From Phycisphaerae bacterium (lineage in GTDB: Bacteria; Planctomycetota; Phycisphaerae; UBA1845; Fen-1342), in contig CAXXWX010000027.1 in NCBI GenBank assembly GCA_963675745.2, forward strand, positions 96,001 through 160,000: a stretch of DNA of 64,000 bases. Reading direction: 5' to 3'. Each line of letters opens with the position of its first letter. The first letter of the stretch is position 1. This document shows, in pieces, positions 9,826 through 20,293 of the stretch. Made by a program: the position numbers and the translations under genes. The notes below the pieces were generated by a model. That model was not told the DNA's origin and did no database searches. It worked only from the letters and a program-made list of their open reading frames with translations.

Positions 9826-11361
9826 ATGCAGTTATTTGCCCCCGATTTCGAGCACGTCAAGCGCCTGCGGGCCGAGTACAACCGCGTGCCGATCACCGCC
9901 ACGCTGATCTGCGACGAGTTGACGCCGGTGAGCGCGTTTGCGCGCCTCGAAGCCGGTGCCGAGCACGCGTTTCTCCTCGAGAGCGTCATCGGCGGGGAGA
10001 AGATTGCGCGCTATTCGTTCATCGGCACCAACCCGTCCATGACCTTCGAAGCACAGGGCAAGCTGGCCCGCTTCATCGACCACGGCAACGGCGGCGCGGT
10101 GCGCGAGGTGCCGGCCGACGACCCGCTGCGCGTCTTCGAGGAGCATCTCACCCAATACCGCGTCATGCACCTGCCGGGCTTGCCGCGGCTGCTCGGCGGA
10201 GCCGTGGGCTACGCGGGCTACGACGCGATCCGCTATTACGAAAACCTGCCCAACGCTCCCACAGATGACCGCGGCCTGCCCGATTTGCTCTTCAACGTCT
10301 ACGACACGATGGTCATCTTTGACCACGTCTTCAAAACCGTGCTGGTCGTGGCCCATGCCGATCTGACGGAGTGTGCCGACGAGACGGCGATGCGGGTGGC
10401 GTACGACGCGGCCACGCGGAAAATCCGCGCGCTGGTCGAGCAGATGTCACGCCCACACCCGATGGAGCCGGTTCACGTCGCGCTGCCGATGGAGCCGCTG
10501 ACACGCTACACGAGCAACTTCCAGCGCAGCGAGTTTGAAACGGTCGTCGAGCGCTGCCAGGAATACATCCGCGCGGGTGACATCTTCCAGGTCGTGGTCT
10601 CACAGCGCTTGCTGGTCGAGACCGCGGCGCGCCCGTTTGATATCTACCGCGCGCTGCGCGTCATCAACCCCTCGCCGTTCATGTTCTACCTCAAGTCGCC
10701 GCGGACCATGCTGGTGGGAGCCAGTCCCGAGATCATGTGCCGTGTCGAGGATGGTATCGTGACCAATCGGCCGCTGGCCGGCACGCGCCGCCGGGGTGCA
10801 ACCGAGGAGGAAGATCTACGGCTGCGCGACGACTTGCTCGCCGACCCCAAGGAGCGGGCCGAGCACGTGATGCTGGTTGACCTGGGCCGTAACGACGTCG
10901 GCCGCGTGGCCCGGCCGGGCACGATCGAGCTCAGCGAAGTGATGTCGATCGAGTATTACAGCCACGTCATGCACATATGCAGCAATGTCACGGGCGAGCT
11001 TGCCGAAGGACGCACGGCTTTTGATGCGTTGCGTGCCACCATGCCCGTCGGAACGGTGACCGGCGCGCCCAAGGTCCGCGCCATGGAGATTATCGATGAG
11101 TTCGAGCCGCAGCGCCGTGGTCCATACGCCGGCGCGGTGGGCTATATCGATTTCAGCGGCAACATGGACACTTGCATCGCGCTGCGCACGATGGTGATAC
11201 AGCCGGCCGCGGGCGGCTTGTACAAGACGTACATCCAGGCGGGCGCCGGAATCGTCGCGGATTCCGTGCCCGCCAGCGAATTCGAAGAGACGCTCAGCAA
11301 GGCCAAGGGGATGCTCACGGCGATCAACGTCGCCGAACAACGCTTTCACAAACCCGTGTAG
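9826..11361 (+). CDS. trpE: Anthranilate synthase component I
   Basis: LLES, GDIFQVV, NPSPFM, KERAEHVMLVDLGRND and GAPKVRAM motifs. Confidence 0.95.
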   Translation: MQLFAPDFEHVKRLRAEYNRVPITATLICDELTPVSAFARLEAGAEHAFLLESVIGGEKIARYSFIGTNPSMTFEAQGKLARFIDHGNGGAVREVPADDPLRVFEEHLTQYRVMHLPGLPRLLGGAVGYAGYDAIRYYENLPNAPTDDRGLPDLLFNVYDTMVIFDHVFKTVLVVAHADLTECADETAMRVAYDAATRKIRALVEQMSRPHPMEPVHVALPMEPLTRYTSNFQRSEFETVVERCQEYIRAGDIFQVVVSQRLLVETAARPFDIYRALRVINPSPFMFYLKSPRTMLVGASPEIMCRVEDGIVTNRPLAGTRRRGATEEEDLRLRDDLLADPKERAEHVMLVDLGRNDVGRVARPGTIELSEVMSIEYYSHVMHICSNVTGELAEGRTAFDALRATMPVGTVTGAPKVRAMEIIDEFEPQRRGPYAGAVGYIDFSGNMDTCIALRTMVIQPAAGGLYKTYIQAGAGIVADSVPASEFEETLSKAKGMLTAINVAEQRFHKPV

Positions 11362-11377
11362 AATCTGTCCCAATGTC

Positions 11378-11516
11378 GTGGTACAGGTCTGTAACCTGTG
11401 ATACTCACCGGTTGAAAACCGGTGCCACGGAACTATCCACGGCTGACAATGAGCGGTACGGTGCGGCTCGCCGCACCGGCAACCTGCATCAGCCGTAGGG
11501 TGCGGCTCGCCGCACC
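11378..11516. repeat. Cluster of REP-like palindromes between trpE and rlmN
   Basis: ACAGGT..ACCTGT and ACCGGTTGAAAACCGGT hairpins (11407-11423); two copies of GTA(C/G)GGTGCGGCTCGCCGCACC (11456-11477, 11495-11516). Confidence 0.75.
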
Positions 11517-11548
11517 TGCTGACTGCATCAGACAATGAGTGATCGACC

Positions 11549-12649
11549 ATGACCGACGCGTCCGACAACGCTGCACACGAACCCTCCGGTTTGCCGGACG
11601 ATGACCGCCTGCATCTTCCCGGCGTTGACCTGCCGACTCTGCGCCGCTGGATCGTCGAGCGCGGCCAGGCGCGCTATCGCGCCGAGCAGATCTTCGACTG
11701 GATCTTCAACAAGCACGCCGACTCGTTCGCCGCGATGACCGTGTTGTCCAAGGAGCTGCGCGCCTGGTTGGCCGAACACGCCGACATCTACCGATCAACG
11801 ATCGTGGACGAGGCCTCGGCCGGCGATCTGACGCGCAAGCTGCTGCTGCGCTGGCCCGACGGCGAGTGCGTCGAAACCGTCTGGATTCCGGACGGCCAGC
11901 GCAACACGGCCTGCCTGTCTTCACAGGTTGGCTGCCCGGTCGGCTGCGCGTTCTGCGCCAGCGGAATCGACGGCCTGAAACGCAACCTGACCGCCGGTGA
12001 AATCGTCGAGCAGGCCCTCCGCGTGCAACGCATCATCGAACCCATGCGCGCCACCGACCCGGCCGCCCGGCTGACCAACATCGTCATGATGGGCATCGGC
12101 GAGCCGCTGGCCAATTACGATCAGGTTATCAAGGCGATTCGCATCATCAACGCCCCCTGGGGCCTCAACATCGGCGCACGCCGTATCACGGTCAGCACGG
12201 TCGGCCTGCCAGCGCAAATCCGCAAGCTGGCCAAGGAAGAGCTTCAGCTCAATCTGGCGCTCTCGCTGCACGCGCCCGATGACGAACTGCGCCGCAGGCT
12301 GGTTCCCTGGGGCAAGGTGCCGATTCAGGAGTTGCTGGACGCCTGCAGCTTCTACTTCCAGGAGACCGGGCGCGAGATCACGCTGGAGTACGTGCTGCTC
12401 GCCGGTGTGAATGACCGCTCGACGCACGCCGCCAAGCTCGCGCGGATCGCCAAGCAGTTGCGCGCCAACGTCAACTTGCTGCGTTACAACCCCGTCGCGC
12501 GCTTGTCGTTCGAACGCCCGGATACCGAGAGCTCGCAACGCTTCCTTGAACAGCTCCGCGACCGCGGTGTCAACGCTCATCTGCGCCGCTCGCGCGGGCG
12601 CGACATCAATGCCGCCTGCGGCCAATTGCGTCGGATGCAACAGCGTTAG
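11549..12649 (+). CDS. rlmN: 23S rRNA m2A2503 / tRNA methyltransferase RlmN
   Basis: SSQVGCPVGCAFC, MGIGEP, STVG and DINAACGQL motifs. Confidence 0.95.
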   Translation: MTDASDNAAHEPSGLPDDDRLHLPGVDLPTLRRWIVERGQARYRAEQIFDWIFNKHADSFAAMTVLSKELRAWLAEHADIYRSTIVDEASAGDLTRKLLLRWPDGECVETVWIPDGQRNTACLSSQVGCPVGCAFCASGIDGLKRNLTAGEIVEQALRVQRIIEPMRATDPAARLTNIVMMGIGEPLANYDQVIKAIRIINAPWGLNIGARRITVSTVGLPAQIRKLAKEELQLNLALSLHAPDDELRRRLVPWGKVPIQELLDACSFYFQETGREITLEYVLLAGVNDRSTHAAKLARIAKQLRANVNLLRYNPVARLSFERPDTESSQRFLEQLRDRGVNAHLRRSRGRDINAACGQLRRMQQR

Positions 12650-12677
12650 TGCCACTTCCAATTCAATTGTCTGCACT

Positions 12678-12705
12678 GTAGCGGCCTGCGCCCCGCAGGC
12701 CGTCG
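12678..12705. repeat. GTAG-type REP (family C)
   Basis: GTAGCGGCCTGCG-CCC-CGCAGGCCG; near-identical copies at 63208-63287. Confidence 0.7.
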
Positions 12706-12869
12706 CTGTAGAATCTGTTCCCGACAACAGCCGGCCGGCGAGGCACCGGCCGTCACGCGTTGGGCAAGGCGCAGCGCGAAACACGAGACGCCTCCGGCGG
12801 AAACGGCACTGGTACCCGTCCAGCCGGGGATGCCTGCCGGGCGGCACGTCTGTTACACTACGACACGCC

Positions 12870-13808
12870 ATGCGACACCGTGTGCTATTGGTCGGGGGGC
12901 TGGATTCGCGCGCCGAACAGCGCCTCAGCGCCGGCGCGGATGTCGTGCGCGCCCAAGCCGACGATGAGGAAACGCTGGCCGCCGCCATCGTCGATGCTGA
13001 CGCGCTTGTTGTGCGAACGAATGTGCGCGTGACGCGCGCCATCCTCGCGGCGGGCCGGCGTTTGCGCGTCGTGGGCGTGGCCGGCGTCGGCACTGACAAG
13101 GTGGACATGGCCGCCGCAAACGAGCTGGGCATCGTGGTCCTCAACCGTCCGGGCGCCGCCACCGACGCCGTCGCCGAGTTCACCATCGCCCTGATGCTCA
13201 ACCTGCTGCGTCCCATGGCACGTCTGATGGACCAGTACCGCGCCGGCGGGTTTCGCGCCGCGCGGGCCGCAGCGCACGGCGTCGAGCTGCGCACGCTGAC
13301 GGTTGGCATCGTCGGCATGGGACGCATCGGGTCGGCGGTCGGGCGGATTCTCACCAACGGGTTCGGCGCTTCCGTGTTGTATAACGACATCATCGACGTC
13401 GGCCCGTTCGACTTCGACGCCAGGCGCGTCGACAAACCCGCAATCTGGTCGCAATGTGACATCATCACCCTCCATGTGCCGTTGACCGATCTGACTTACC
13501 GCCTGGTTGATGAAGGCGTGCTGCGCCAGATGCGCCCCGGCGCATTCCTGATCAACGCCGCTCGCGGAGCCGTTGTGGACACCGACGCGCTCGTGCGGGC
13601 GCTACGGGAAGGCTGGATCGCCGGGGCCGGGCTTGATGTCACCGACCCGGAGCCTCTGGCGGCCGACCATCCCCTGTTTGCAATTGAAAACTGCCTGACA
13701 ATGCCACATGCGGCCGCTCGAACGCACGGCGGAATCGAGCGCATGTACGCGGTCGTCGACGATGTGCTCGCATTCCTCCAAAGCGATCGGCCGGAATCCC
13801 GTGGTTGA
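12870..13808 (+). CDS. D-isomer-specific 2-hydroxyacid dehydrogenase (SerA-like)
   Basis: GIVGMGRIG, LHVPLT, INAARG, LDVTDPEP and PH motifs. Confidence 0.9.
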   Translation: MRHRVLLVGGLDSRAEQRLSAGADVVRAQADDEETLAAAIVDADALVVRTNVRVTRAILAAGRRLRVVGVAGVGTDKVDMAAANELGIVVLNRPGAATDAVAEFTIALMLNLLRPMARLMDQYRAGGFRAARAAAHGVELRTLTVGIVGMGRIGSAVGRILTNGFGASVLYNDIIDVGPFDFDARRVDKPAIWSQCDIITLHVPLTDLTYRLVDEGVLRQMRPGAFLINAARGAVVDTDALVRALREGWIAGAGLDVTDPEPLAADHPLFAIENCLTMPHAAARTHGGIERMYAVVDDVLAFLQSDRPESRG

Positions 13809-13888
13809 CACGCGACACACCGAGCGACACTCGCCGACATTCGACTTGGAGTTTTCGCACCGATCATGACGACTCCCGCAAGCAGAAG

Positions 13889-15616
13889 ATGACAATGCCC
13901 CGCCGGCTCGGCTCCCAAGTACTGACGGTCTTTCTGCTCGCGATACTCGCGCTGGTGCTGATCACGCCGATCGTGACGGTGTTGCGTCAGGGCTTCATAT
14001 TAGACGGCCGCTTCACGTGGTTCTGGGTCGAGGAAGTGACGCTGGATCGGCTGTATCGCGATGGGTTGCTGAACAGCGCGCTGATCGCCGTCTGTACCAC
14101 GACGCTGTGCCTGGTCATCTCGGTTCCCCTGGCACTGCTGGCCAACAACCTGGAGTTTGCCGGCAAACGCTGGTGGCTGGCACTGATCCAGGTGCCGCTG
14201 ATCATGCCGCCTTTTGTCGGGGCGCTGGGCCTCAAGGCGCTGCTCTCGCGCAACGCCGGCGTCAACGACGTGCTGGCGGACATGGGGCTGATCGACCCGG
14301 CACACCCGATCGACTTCATGAAATACCCGCTCGCCGCCTGCATCGTGCTGGAAGCCCTGTATCTCTATCCGATCACGTTTCTCAACGTTCAGGCGGCCCT
14401 GGCAAACATGGACCCCGCGCTCGACGAGGCCGGACGAAACCTGGGCGCCGGGGCGCTGCGCCGTTTCTTCCGCATCACGCTGCCGCTGATGCGTCCCGGG
14501 TTGTTCGCCGGCTCGACGATCGTGTTTATCTGGTCATTCACCGAGCTCGGCACGCCGCTGATGGTCGGGCTGGAGAAGGTTACCGCCGTCCAGGTATTCC
14601 GCAGTCTTGAAACCACCAATCCCAGCGGCGACGCGTACGTGCTGGTCGCCGTCTTGTTGGCCAGCAGCGTGCTGCTCTATCTCGTGGGCAAGCTGGTGCT
14701 GGGGCGTCCTCTCGTCGGCATGATGGCCATGGCCACCGTCGCGCCCGAACCGACCAGACTCGGCCGGCTCGGTACACTGGCCGCCACCGCCCCCTTCGCA
14801 ATTGTTTTCTTTATCGCCGTGCTGCCACACATTGGCGTGATCCTCAACAGCGTGTGCCCGGTGGGCGAGCTTACGCTCGACCCCCGGCACATGACGGTCG
14901 GCTATCACGTGGAACTCGCCAAGGATGTCCTCGCCGGGCGCGGCGTTGCGGCGGGCAGTGTGGTCAACAGCTTCAAATACTCTATTACCGCCACACTGAT
15001 CGACATCGTGCTCGGGTTTGCGATTGCCTACCTGATCGTGCGCCGGCGTAGCTGGCTCACCGGACTGCTGGACAACCTGGCGATGCTGCCCCTGGCGGTG
15101 CCCGGGCTGGTATTGGCCTTCGGCTACTTCACGATGACCCAGCCGCACTCGATTTTCGGCGACACCTTCAGCGGGCTGAATCCGCTGAAGAACGACCCGA
15201 CCATGTTGCTGGTGATCGCCTACGCCACACGGCGGCTGCCGTTCATGGTGCGTGCGTGCGCCGCCGGGCTCGAACAGGTCTCGGTGGCGCTCGAGGAGGC
15301 GGCCCTCAACCTGGGCGCGGGGCCGATTCGAACCATCCTGACTATCACGGTGCCGCTGTTGGCGGCCAACCTGATCGCCGGCAGCCTGCTTGTATTCAGC
15401 CGCAGCATGCTCGAAGTTTCGGACAGTCTGATCCTGGCGTTTGACGCAAACACCTACCCGATGACCAAGGCGATCTACGACCTCGCCGACCTGCCGGGGT
15501 CCGGCCCCGAGACGGCGTCGGCGTTGGGCGTCTGGGGCATGGCGATACTGACAATCACCATCGTCGGCGCCTCGCTGGCGATCGGCAAACGGCTTGGCGC
15601 GCTGTTCCGAATCTGA
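13889..15616 (+). CDS. Iron(III) ABC transporter permease (FbpB-like)
   Basis: Duplicated permease halves with EAA loops (LDEAGRNLGA, LEEAALNLGA); start uncertain. Confidence 0.88.
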   Translation: MTMPRRLGSQVLTVFLLAILALVLITPIVTVLRQGFILDGRFTWFWVEEVTLDRLYRDGLLNSALIAVCTTTLCLVISVPLALLANNLEFAGKRWWLALIQVPLIMPPFVGALGLKALLSRNAGVNDVLADMGLIDPAHPIDFMKYPLAACIVLEALYLYPITFLNVQAALANMDPALDEAGRNLGAGALRRFFRITLPLMRPGLFAGSTIVFIWSFTELGTPLMVGLEKVTAVQVFRSLETTNPSGDAYVLVAVLLASSVLLYLVGKLVLGRPLVGMMAMATVAPEPTRLGRLGTLAATAPFAIVFFIAVLPHIGVILNSVCPVGELTLDPRHMTVGYHVELAKDVLAGRGVAAGSVVNSFKYSITATLIDIVLGFAIAYLIVRRRSWLTGLLDNLAMLPLAVPGLVLAFGYFTMTQPHSIFGDTFSGLNPLKNDPTMLLVIAYATRRLPFMVRACAAGLEQVSVALEEAALNLGAGPIRTILTITVPLLAANLIAGSLLVFSRSMLEVSDSLILAFDANTYPMTKAIYDLADLPGSGPETASALGVWGMAILTITIVGASLAIGKRLGALFRI

Positions 15617-15678
15617 CATAAACTACACGTTCACGATGCGCCGTACCGCAGTCAGGCGTAGCGTGCGGAGGTTGACCC

Positions 15679-16794
15679 GTGTCCGAAAAGCCGCCCGAAG
15701 GTGTAGTTGCCCTGGTCGATGAGCTGGTTCGCCGCGCTGTAGCCGCGCGAGCCAGCGACCTGCACTTCGAACCCGCCGACGACGGCCTGCGCGTGCGCCT
15801 GCGCGTCGACGGCCTGCTGCAAGATGATCAAACGCTACCGGCCGGCGTGGCGCCAAATGTGATCGCGCGCCTCAAGGTGCTCTCGGGTCTGCTGACCTAC
15901 CGCACCGACATCCCCCAGGAAGGCGGTATCGAACGCGGGCACGGTCAGTATGCTTGCGATATTCGCGTGGCAACCTTCCCCACCGTGCGCGGCGAGCGCG
16001 CCGTGTTGCGCCTGATGGGCAACGCGCGCAGGCTGCTGGACCTCGACGAACTCGGGCATAGCGCCGAGCTAACCGCGCGCTTCGCCGAGTGTCTGGAGCA
16101 ATCGCAGGGGCTGCTCGTCGTGTGCGGACCCGCCGGCAGCGGCAAGACCACCACGTTGTACGCGGCCTTGAATCACCTGCGTGCGCGGCTGCCCGGCGCC
16201 AGCATCCTCGCAGTCGAAGACCCGGTCGAGGTGCGCATGGACGGGATCACACAGATCCAGGTGACGCCCCACCGCAACCTGACCTACGCGGTCGCGCTGC
16301 GCAGCCTGTTGCGTCAAGACCCACAGGTTTTGATGATCGGCGAGGTGCGTGACGCGGAAACGGCGCAGGTTGTCGTCGAAGCCGCACTGACGGGGCATCT
16401 GCTGCTGACCACGATGCACAGTGGGTCGCCCGCGGCCGCGATCATTCGCTTGCTGGAGCTGGGGATACCGGCTTATCAACTCACGAGCACGCTGCACGCG
16501 GTCCTGGCCCAGCGCCTGCTGCGCACCTGCTGCACGCACTGTGCCGGCGCCGCTGGTAAGACGGACTGCACGTTCTGTCTGGGCACGGGATACGCCGGGC
16601 GATCGGCAATCGGCCAACTGGTCACACTTCACGACGCCCTGCGCCAGGCGATCATGGGCGGGGCGGATGCCGCCGAACTGCGAGAGCCGTGTCGCGGCAC
16701 CGGGACGCTGGCGGATGACGCGCAGCGCCTCATCGCCGCCGGCCATACGACGCAGGCTGAGGCGGAGCGGGTGCTGGGCGGGCCCACTGGCTGA
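15679..16794 (+). CDS. GspE/PulE/PilB-family secretion ATPase (short form)
   Basis: ASDLHFEP, GPAGSGKTT, EDPVE, LRQDP..MIGEVRD, LTGH, tetracysteine motif; no N-terminal extension. Confidence 0.92.
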   Translation: MSEKPPEGVVALVDELVRRAVAARASDLHFEPADDGLRVRLRVDGLLQDDQTLPAGVAPNVIARLKVLSGLLTYRTDIPQEGGIERGHGQYACDIRVATFPTVRGERAVLRLMGNARRLLDLDELGHSAELTARFAECLEQSQGLLVVCGPAGSGKTTTLYAALNHLRARLPGASILAVEDPVEVRMDGITQIQVTPHRNLTYAVALRSLLRQDPQVLMIGEVRDAETAQVVVEAALTGHLLLTTMHSGSPAAAIIRLLELGIPAYQLTSTLHAVLAQRLLRTCCTHCAGAAGKTDCTFCLGTGYAGRSAIGQLVTLHDALRQAIMGGADAAELREPCRGTGTLADDAQRLIAAGHTTQAEAERVLGGPTG

Positions 16795-16854
16795 ACGTGG
16801 CGGCCGCTGCCGAAGCGTGTGCCACCGCTCTCGCGCAGTGCGGTCCAGCGCAAA

Positions 16855-16906
16855 ATGTTAGAAAATTAACTGTTGCAAACCGGTATCCTGTGTTAAACTA
16901 TTAACA
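16855..16906 (+). promoter_or_regulatory. AT-rich promoter region with palindromic operator TGTTAA-N4-TTAACA
   Basis: Perfect inverted repeat at 16891-16906, imperfect copy near 16856-16870, TTGCAA at 16873. Confidence 0.55.
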
Positions 16907-17014
16907 TAAGAGCACCGGAGTGCCGATGAGGTTCTGCGGGGGCGCGGACACAATCACGCGCCCCAACCGGCTGCGACACCGCCCGGCGCCTACGCGATCG
17001 AGGAGTCTTGCATC

Positions 17015-18199
17015 ATGCCGTTATTCGATTACACCGGACAACTCGAATCGGGAGCGGCGTTTCAAGGCACGCTCGAAGCTCCCTCGCGCGAGGCGGCCGA
17101 GAAGCTGCTGCACGAGATGCACGTACGCGTGACGGCGCTCCGCGCCGCGCGCCGTCTGGCCTATGTCGCACCGCTCTCGCTTGACGACTTCCTTTTCCTC
17201 AACGAGCAGATTGCGGCCATGGCGCAGGCCGGCGTTCCGTTCGAGCGCGGCCTGCGCGAACTGGCCGCCGATGTCGGCTCGCGCAAGCTCAAACGGTTGC
17301 TGCTCGACCTCGCCGACGACCTCGAAGCGGGCACCTCGATCGACGATGCGCTGGAGCGGCAGAAACGGCGCTTTCCAACCAACTACGCCGAAGTGGTGCG
17401 CGCCGGACTCCAGACCGGCGACCTCGGCGGAGCCCTGTACGGGCTGACGGCCCAATTGCGGCTGAAAAGCTCGTTTCAGCGCTCGCTGATCGAGATGACG
17501 GTTTACCCACTTGTGGTGCTGGTGCTCATGTTCTGCGTGCTCTCGTTTGCCATGCGCCAGATTGTGCCGCCGATGGCTGAGGTGTATCTCGATTTCGGCG
17601 CAAAGCTCCCCACCGCCACCAGCCTGCTAATCAGTGCGGCGCGGTCGTGGCCGGCCATCGAAATCGGCGTGGGCGTCGTGGCGTTGGTGTTCGCCGTATT
17701 CGTGATTATTGTTCGCCGGACGCCGGCGCTGCGCGAGGCGGTGGTCAGTAGCATTCCCGGGATCGGGCGCGTGTACTGGGCCAGTGTGCTGTCGCGTTTT
17801 GCGCACACGACGGCGCTTGGGGCCTATTCGGGCACGCCGCTCCCGGAGCTGATTGCCGCCGGCGGGGCCGGTTCTGGCAGTGGGCGACTGGCCGCCGCCG
17901 CCCGCCGATTGGCCGAGCGTCTTCAGTCGGGCATGGGGCTCGAGGATGCCGCCCGTGAGGAATCGCGCATCCCCGCCCTGTGGGTCTGCGCCGTGGCGAC
18001 GGCCGCCCCGCGCGGGGATCTGCCGTCCGCGTTGCAGGAGCTCGCGCGGGTCTACGAAGAGCAGGCCCAGCACTGGGCGAGCGTCGTGCGCATCATGCTC
18101 GGGCCGTTCCTGCTGGCGTTTGTCGGTTTGTTCCTGCTGTTCGTTGTATTGAGCCTGTTCCTCCCGCTGATCAGCCTGGTTCAGTGCCTGTCGGGGTAG
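17015..18199 (+). CDS. Type II secretion F / PilC-family inner membrane platform protein
   Basis: MPLFDY..G..GTLEA N-terminus, two T2SSF domains, YP..VL, FLPL C-terminal TM. Confidence 0.88.
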   Translation: MPLFDYTGQLESGAAFQGTLEAPSREAAEKLLHEMHVRVTALRAARRLAYVAPLSLDDFLFLNEQIAAMAQAGVPFERGLRELAADVGSRKLKRLLLDLADDLEAGTSIDDALERQKRRFPTNYAEVVRAGLQTGDLGGALYGLTAQLRLKSSFQRSLIEMTVYPLVVLVLMFCVLSFAMRQIVPPMAEVYLDFGAKLPTATSLLISAARSWPAIEIGVGVVALVFAVFVIIVRRTPALREAVVSSIPGIGRVYWASVLSRFAHTTALGAYSGTPLPELIAAGGAGSGSGRLAAAARRLAERLQSGMGLEDAAREESRIPALWVCAVATAAPRGDLPSALQELARVYEEQAQHWASVVRIMLGPFLLAFVGLFLLFVVLSLFLPLISLVQCLSG

Positions 18200-18201
18200 C
18201 C

Positions 18202-19353
18202 ATGGTAAACGTGCTGTACATCCTGCTGCTGATCGCGCTGCCGCTGCTGCCGGTCCTGTCGATCTGCGCGCTGTGGGCCTGGTTGCGCGCGCGGCGTGAA
18301 CGCGTCCGCATTGTCGTACACACGCTGGCGGCGATTGTGGGGCAGAATCTGCCGCTCACCGCCGCACTGCGCGCCGCGGCCATGCAGGAACGCGGCGCGC
18401 TGCGCCGAATCTTCCGCAGTATGGGCCTGGTTATTGAACAAGGACACACGCTGGCCACGGCGTTGCGGCTGGCCTTCCCGGGTTGTCCAGGGCACGTGGT
18501 TGGCGCCGTCGATGGCGCTGAACGTGGCGGCACGCTGGGTAGCGTATTGCGCTCGCTTTCCGCAGATCTGCGCCGCGGGCGCGGTCAGCCCGGCGTGGGC
18601 GGCACGCTGATCCCCTATTGCGTGATGATGCTGATCGTCGCGCCGACGGTCGTACTGTTCTTCTGTGTACGAGTGATGCCGAAGTACAAAGAGATCTTCC
18701 GCGACTTCGGCACACCACTGCCACCCATCACGGTCTGGCTTTTGAATGCGACGCGCTGGCCGGCTGAATCGCCATGGGCGGTCATGCTCGTTTTTGCCGT
18801 GTTACTGACCGCGCTCTATCACTGGTTCTTCGCGCGCAACTTCCTCGTCCGGGCACCGCAACGCGTGCAGTGGTCTTTGCGCCTGTGGGATGCGCTTGTC
18901 TGGCACGTGCCACTGGCACGGAACGTGGCCAGCACGCGCGCTCTCGCGCGGCAGCTCCCGCTCGTGCTCGCCGGGCTGCGAGCGGGAGCTGATCTGCCTG
19001 AAGCGCTGCGTCAGGCGGCGTGCGTAGGCGTGAATCACCACGCACGCGTGCGGCTGCGCCGGTGGGCCAGCGCTATCGAACGCGGCGCCGAGCCGATCCA
19101 GGCCGCTCGCCTGGCACGTGTGCCTCATCCTGTGCGGGCGGCCCTGGCCGGCGCCGATGACTCACTGGCCATGCGACTCGAGTACCTCGCTCTCTATTAC
19201 CGGGGACTGTGGACCCATTGGGATCAGGTGGCCGCATCCATCCTCGCCCCGCTGGTCGTGATGGTCTGGGCGCTTTGTGTCGGGTTCATCGCGCTGGCCC
19301 TGTTTTTGCCGCTGATCGCGTTGATCCGCGCTGTTTGTGAGACGATCGTCTGA
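18202..19353 (+). CDS. Second GspF/PilC-like protein
   Basis: AERGGTL, VMPKYKEIFRDFGTPLPPIT and ALFLPL motifs. Confidence 0.8.
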   Translation: MVNVLYILLLIALPLLPVLSICALWAWLRARRERVRIVVHTLAAIVGQNLPLTAALRAAAMQERGALRRIFRSMGLVIEQGHTLATALRLAFPGCPGHVVGAVDGAERGGTLGSVLRSLSADLRRGRGQPGVGGTLIPYCVMMLIVAPTVVLFFCVRVMPKYKEIFRDFGTPLPPITVWLLNATRWPAESPWAVMLVFAVLLTALYHWFFARNFLVRAPQRVQWSLRLWDALVWHVPLARNVASTRALARQLPLVLAGLRAGADLPEALRQAACVGVNHHARVRLRRWASAIERGAEPIQAARLARVPHPVRAALAGADDSLAMRLEYLALYYRGLWTHWDQVAASILAPLVVMVWALCVGFIALALFLPLIALIRAVCETIV

Positions 19354-19358
19354 CCGCC

Positions 19359-19793
19359 ATGGAGTTACGGATGTCTGACACAACGGCGGAACTGGTTCGA
19401 TCCGATGGCCCAGCGCGGCGCCCGCCGCGCCACCGCCGCGCTTACCTCCTCGCCGAATTCCTTGTCGCCCTGACGCTCGCTCTTGCCCTGCTGGCGCTCA
19501 TCGCCGCAACGATGGTCGAGTATCAGAAGATGCGGCGTTTCAACGACACGCGGCAGGTGCTGCGCATGGCCGCCGAGGCCCAACTGAACCTGCTGCGCGC
19601 CGGGGTCGAATCAACGCCCGAAGACGTGCGCTTGCCGCGCAGCGCGAAGCTGACTGTTCAGAGAGAGCCGGGCGAAGGTGTTTGGGCGGACTTTACCCGC
19701 GTCACGGTCCGGGCCACCAGGCCGGCGCCACCGCGTGATGATGTAGTCATCGAGCTGTCCACGTACATTCCGACCGCGGAGCTTGCGCCATGA
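19359..19793 (+). CDS. Prepilin/pseudopilin-like protein
   Basis: RRA|YLLAE class III-like signal followed by a hydrophobic helix. Confidence 0.7.
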   Translation: MELRMSDTTAELVRSDGPARRPPRHRRAYLLAEFLVALTLALALLALIAATMVEYQKMRRFNDTRQVLRMAAEAQLNLLRAGVESTPEDVRLPRSAKLTVQREPGEGVWADFTRVTVRATRPAPPRDDVVIELSTYIPTAELAP

Positions 19794-20293
19794 CCGCCCG
19801 TAAAACAAAGCGCCGAGGCTTCGCATTGACCGAGCTCCTGATCTTGCTGGTGAGCGTGACCGTGGTCGTGTGGGCGTTGGGACAGGCTTCGATCCACATG
19901 ATCCACGGTCAGCGGATGGTGGCCAATTGTGCCAATCGCGCGGCGATGATGCGGTCGATAGAAGATCATTTGCGACGCGATTCCGGAAACGCGCGCAGTT
20001 ACACCTGGGACGGGTGTGTGCTGTCGCTCACGTGTCTGACGCCGGACGGCCCGAGTGCGATCGAGTACGAAATCACCGACACCCGGATAACGCGCCACGT
20101 CGATACGACGGTGCGGGATACCTGGGAAGTTCGACGGCTCACGTTCAGCGCTCGCACATCGCACGGGCGCAGTGCCGATCTGTTCTGGATCGAGTTCACG
20201 GAAACGCCATCGGCGGGTGCGCGTCATCTGTCGTCACGGACACACCCGCGTTCTTTCCTGCTGCCATCGGCCGTCACGGAGGGTGACGCATGA
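19790..20293 (+). CDS. Prepilin/pseudopilin (GspJ/PilW-like)
   Basis: KRRG|FALTE class III signal peptide; ATGA overlap with the previous gene. Confidence 0.8.
   Translation: MTARKTKRRGFALTELLILLVSVTVVVWALGQASIHMIHGQRMVANCANRAAMMRSIEDHLRRDSGNARSYTWDGCVLSLTCLTPDGPSAIEYEITDTRITRHVDTTVRDTWEVRRLTFSARTSHGRSADLFWIEFTETPSAGARHLSSRTHPRSFLLPSAVTEGDA

Noticed and set aside
11357..12718. TGTAGAATCTGT direct repeat flanking rlmN as a mobile-element scar
   Set aside because: Only 12 bp, contains a -10-like TAGAAT, and rlmN is a housekeeping gene with no mobility gene nearby
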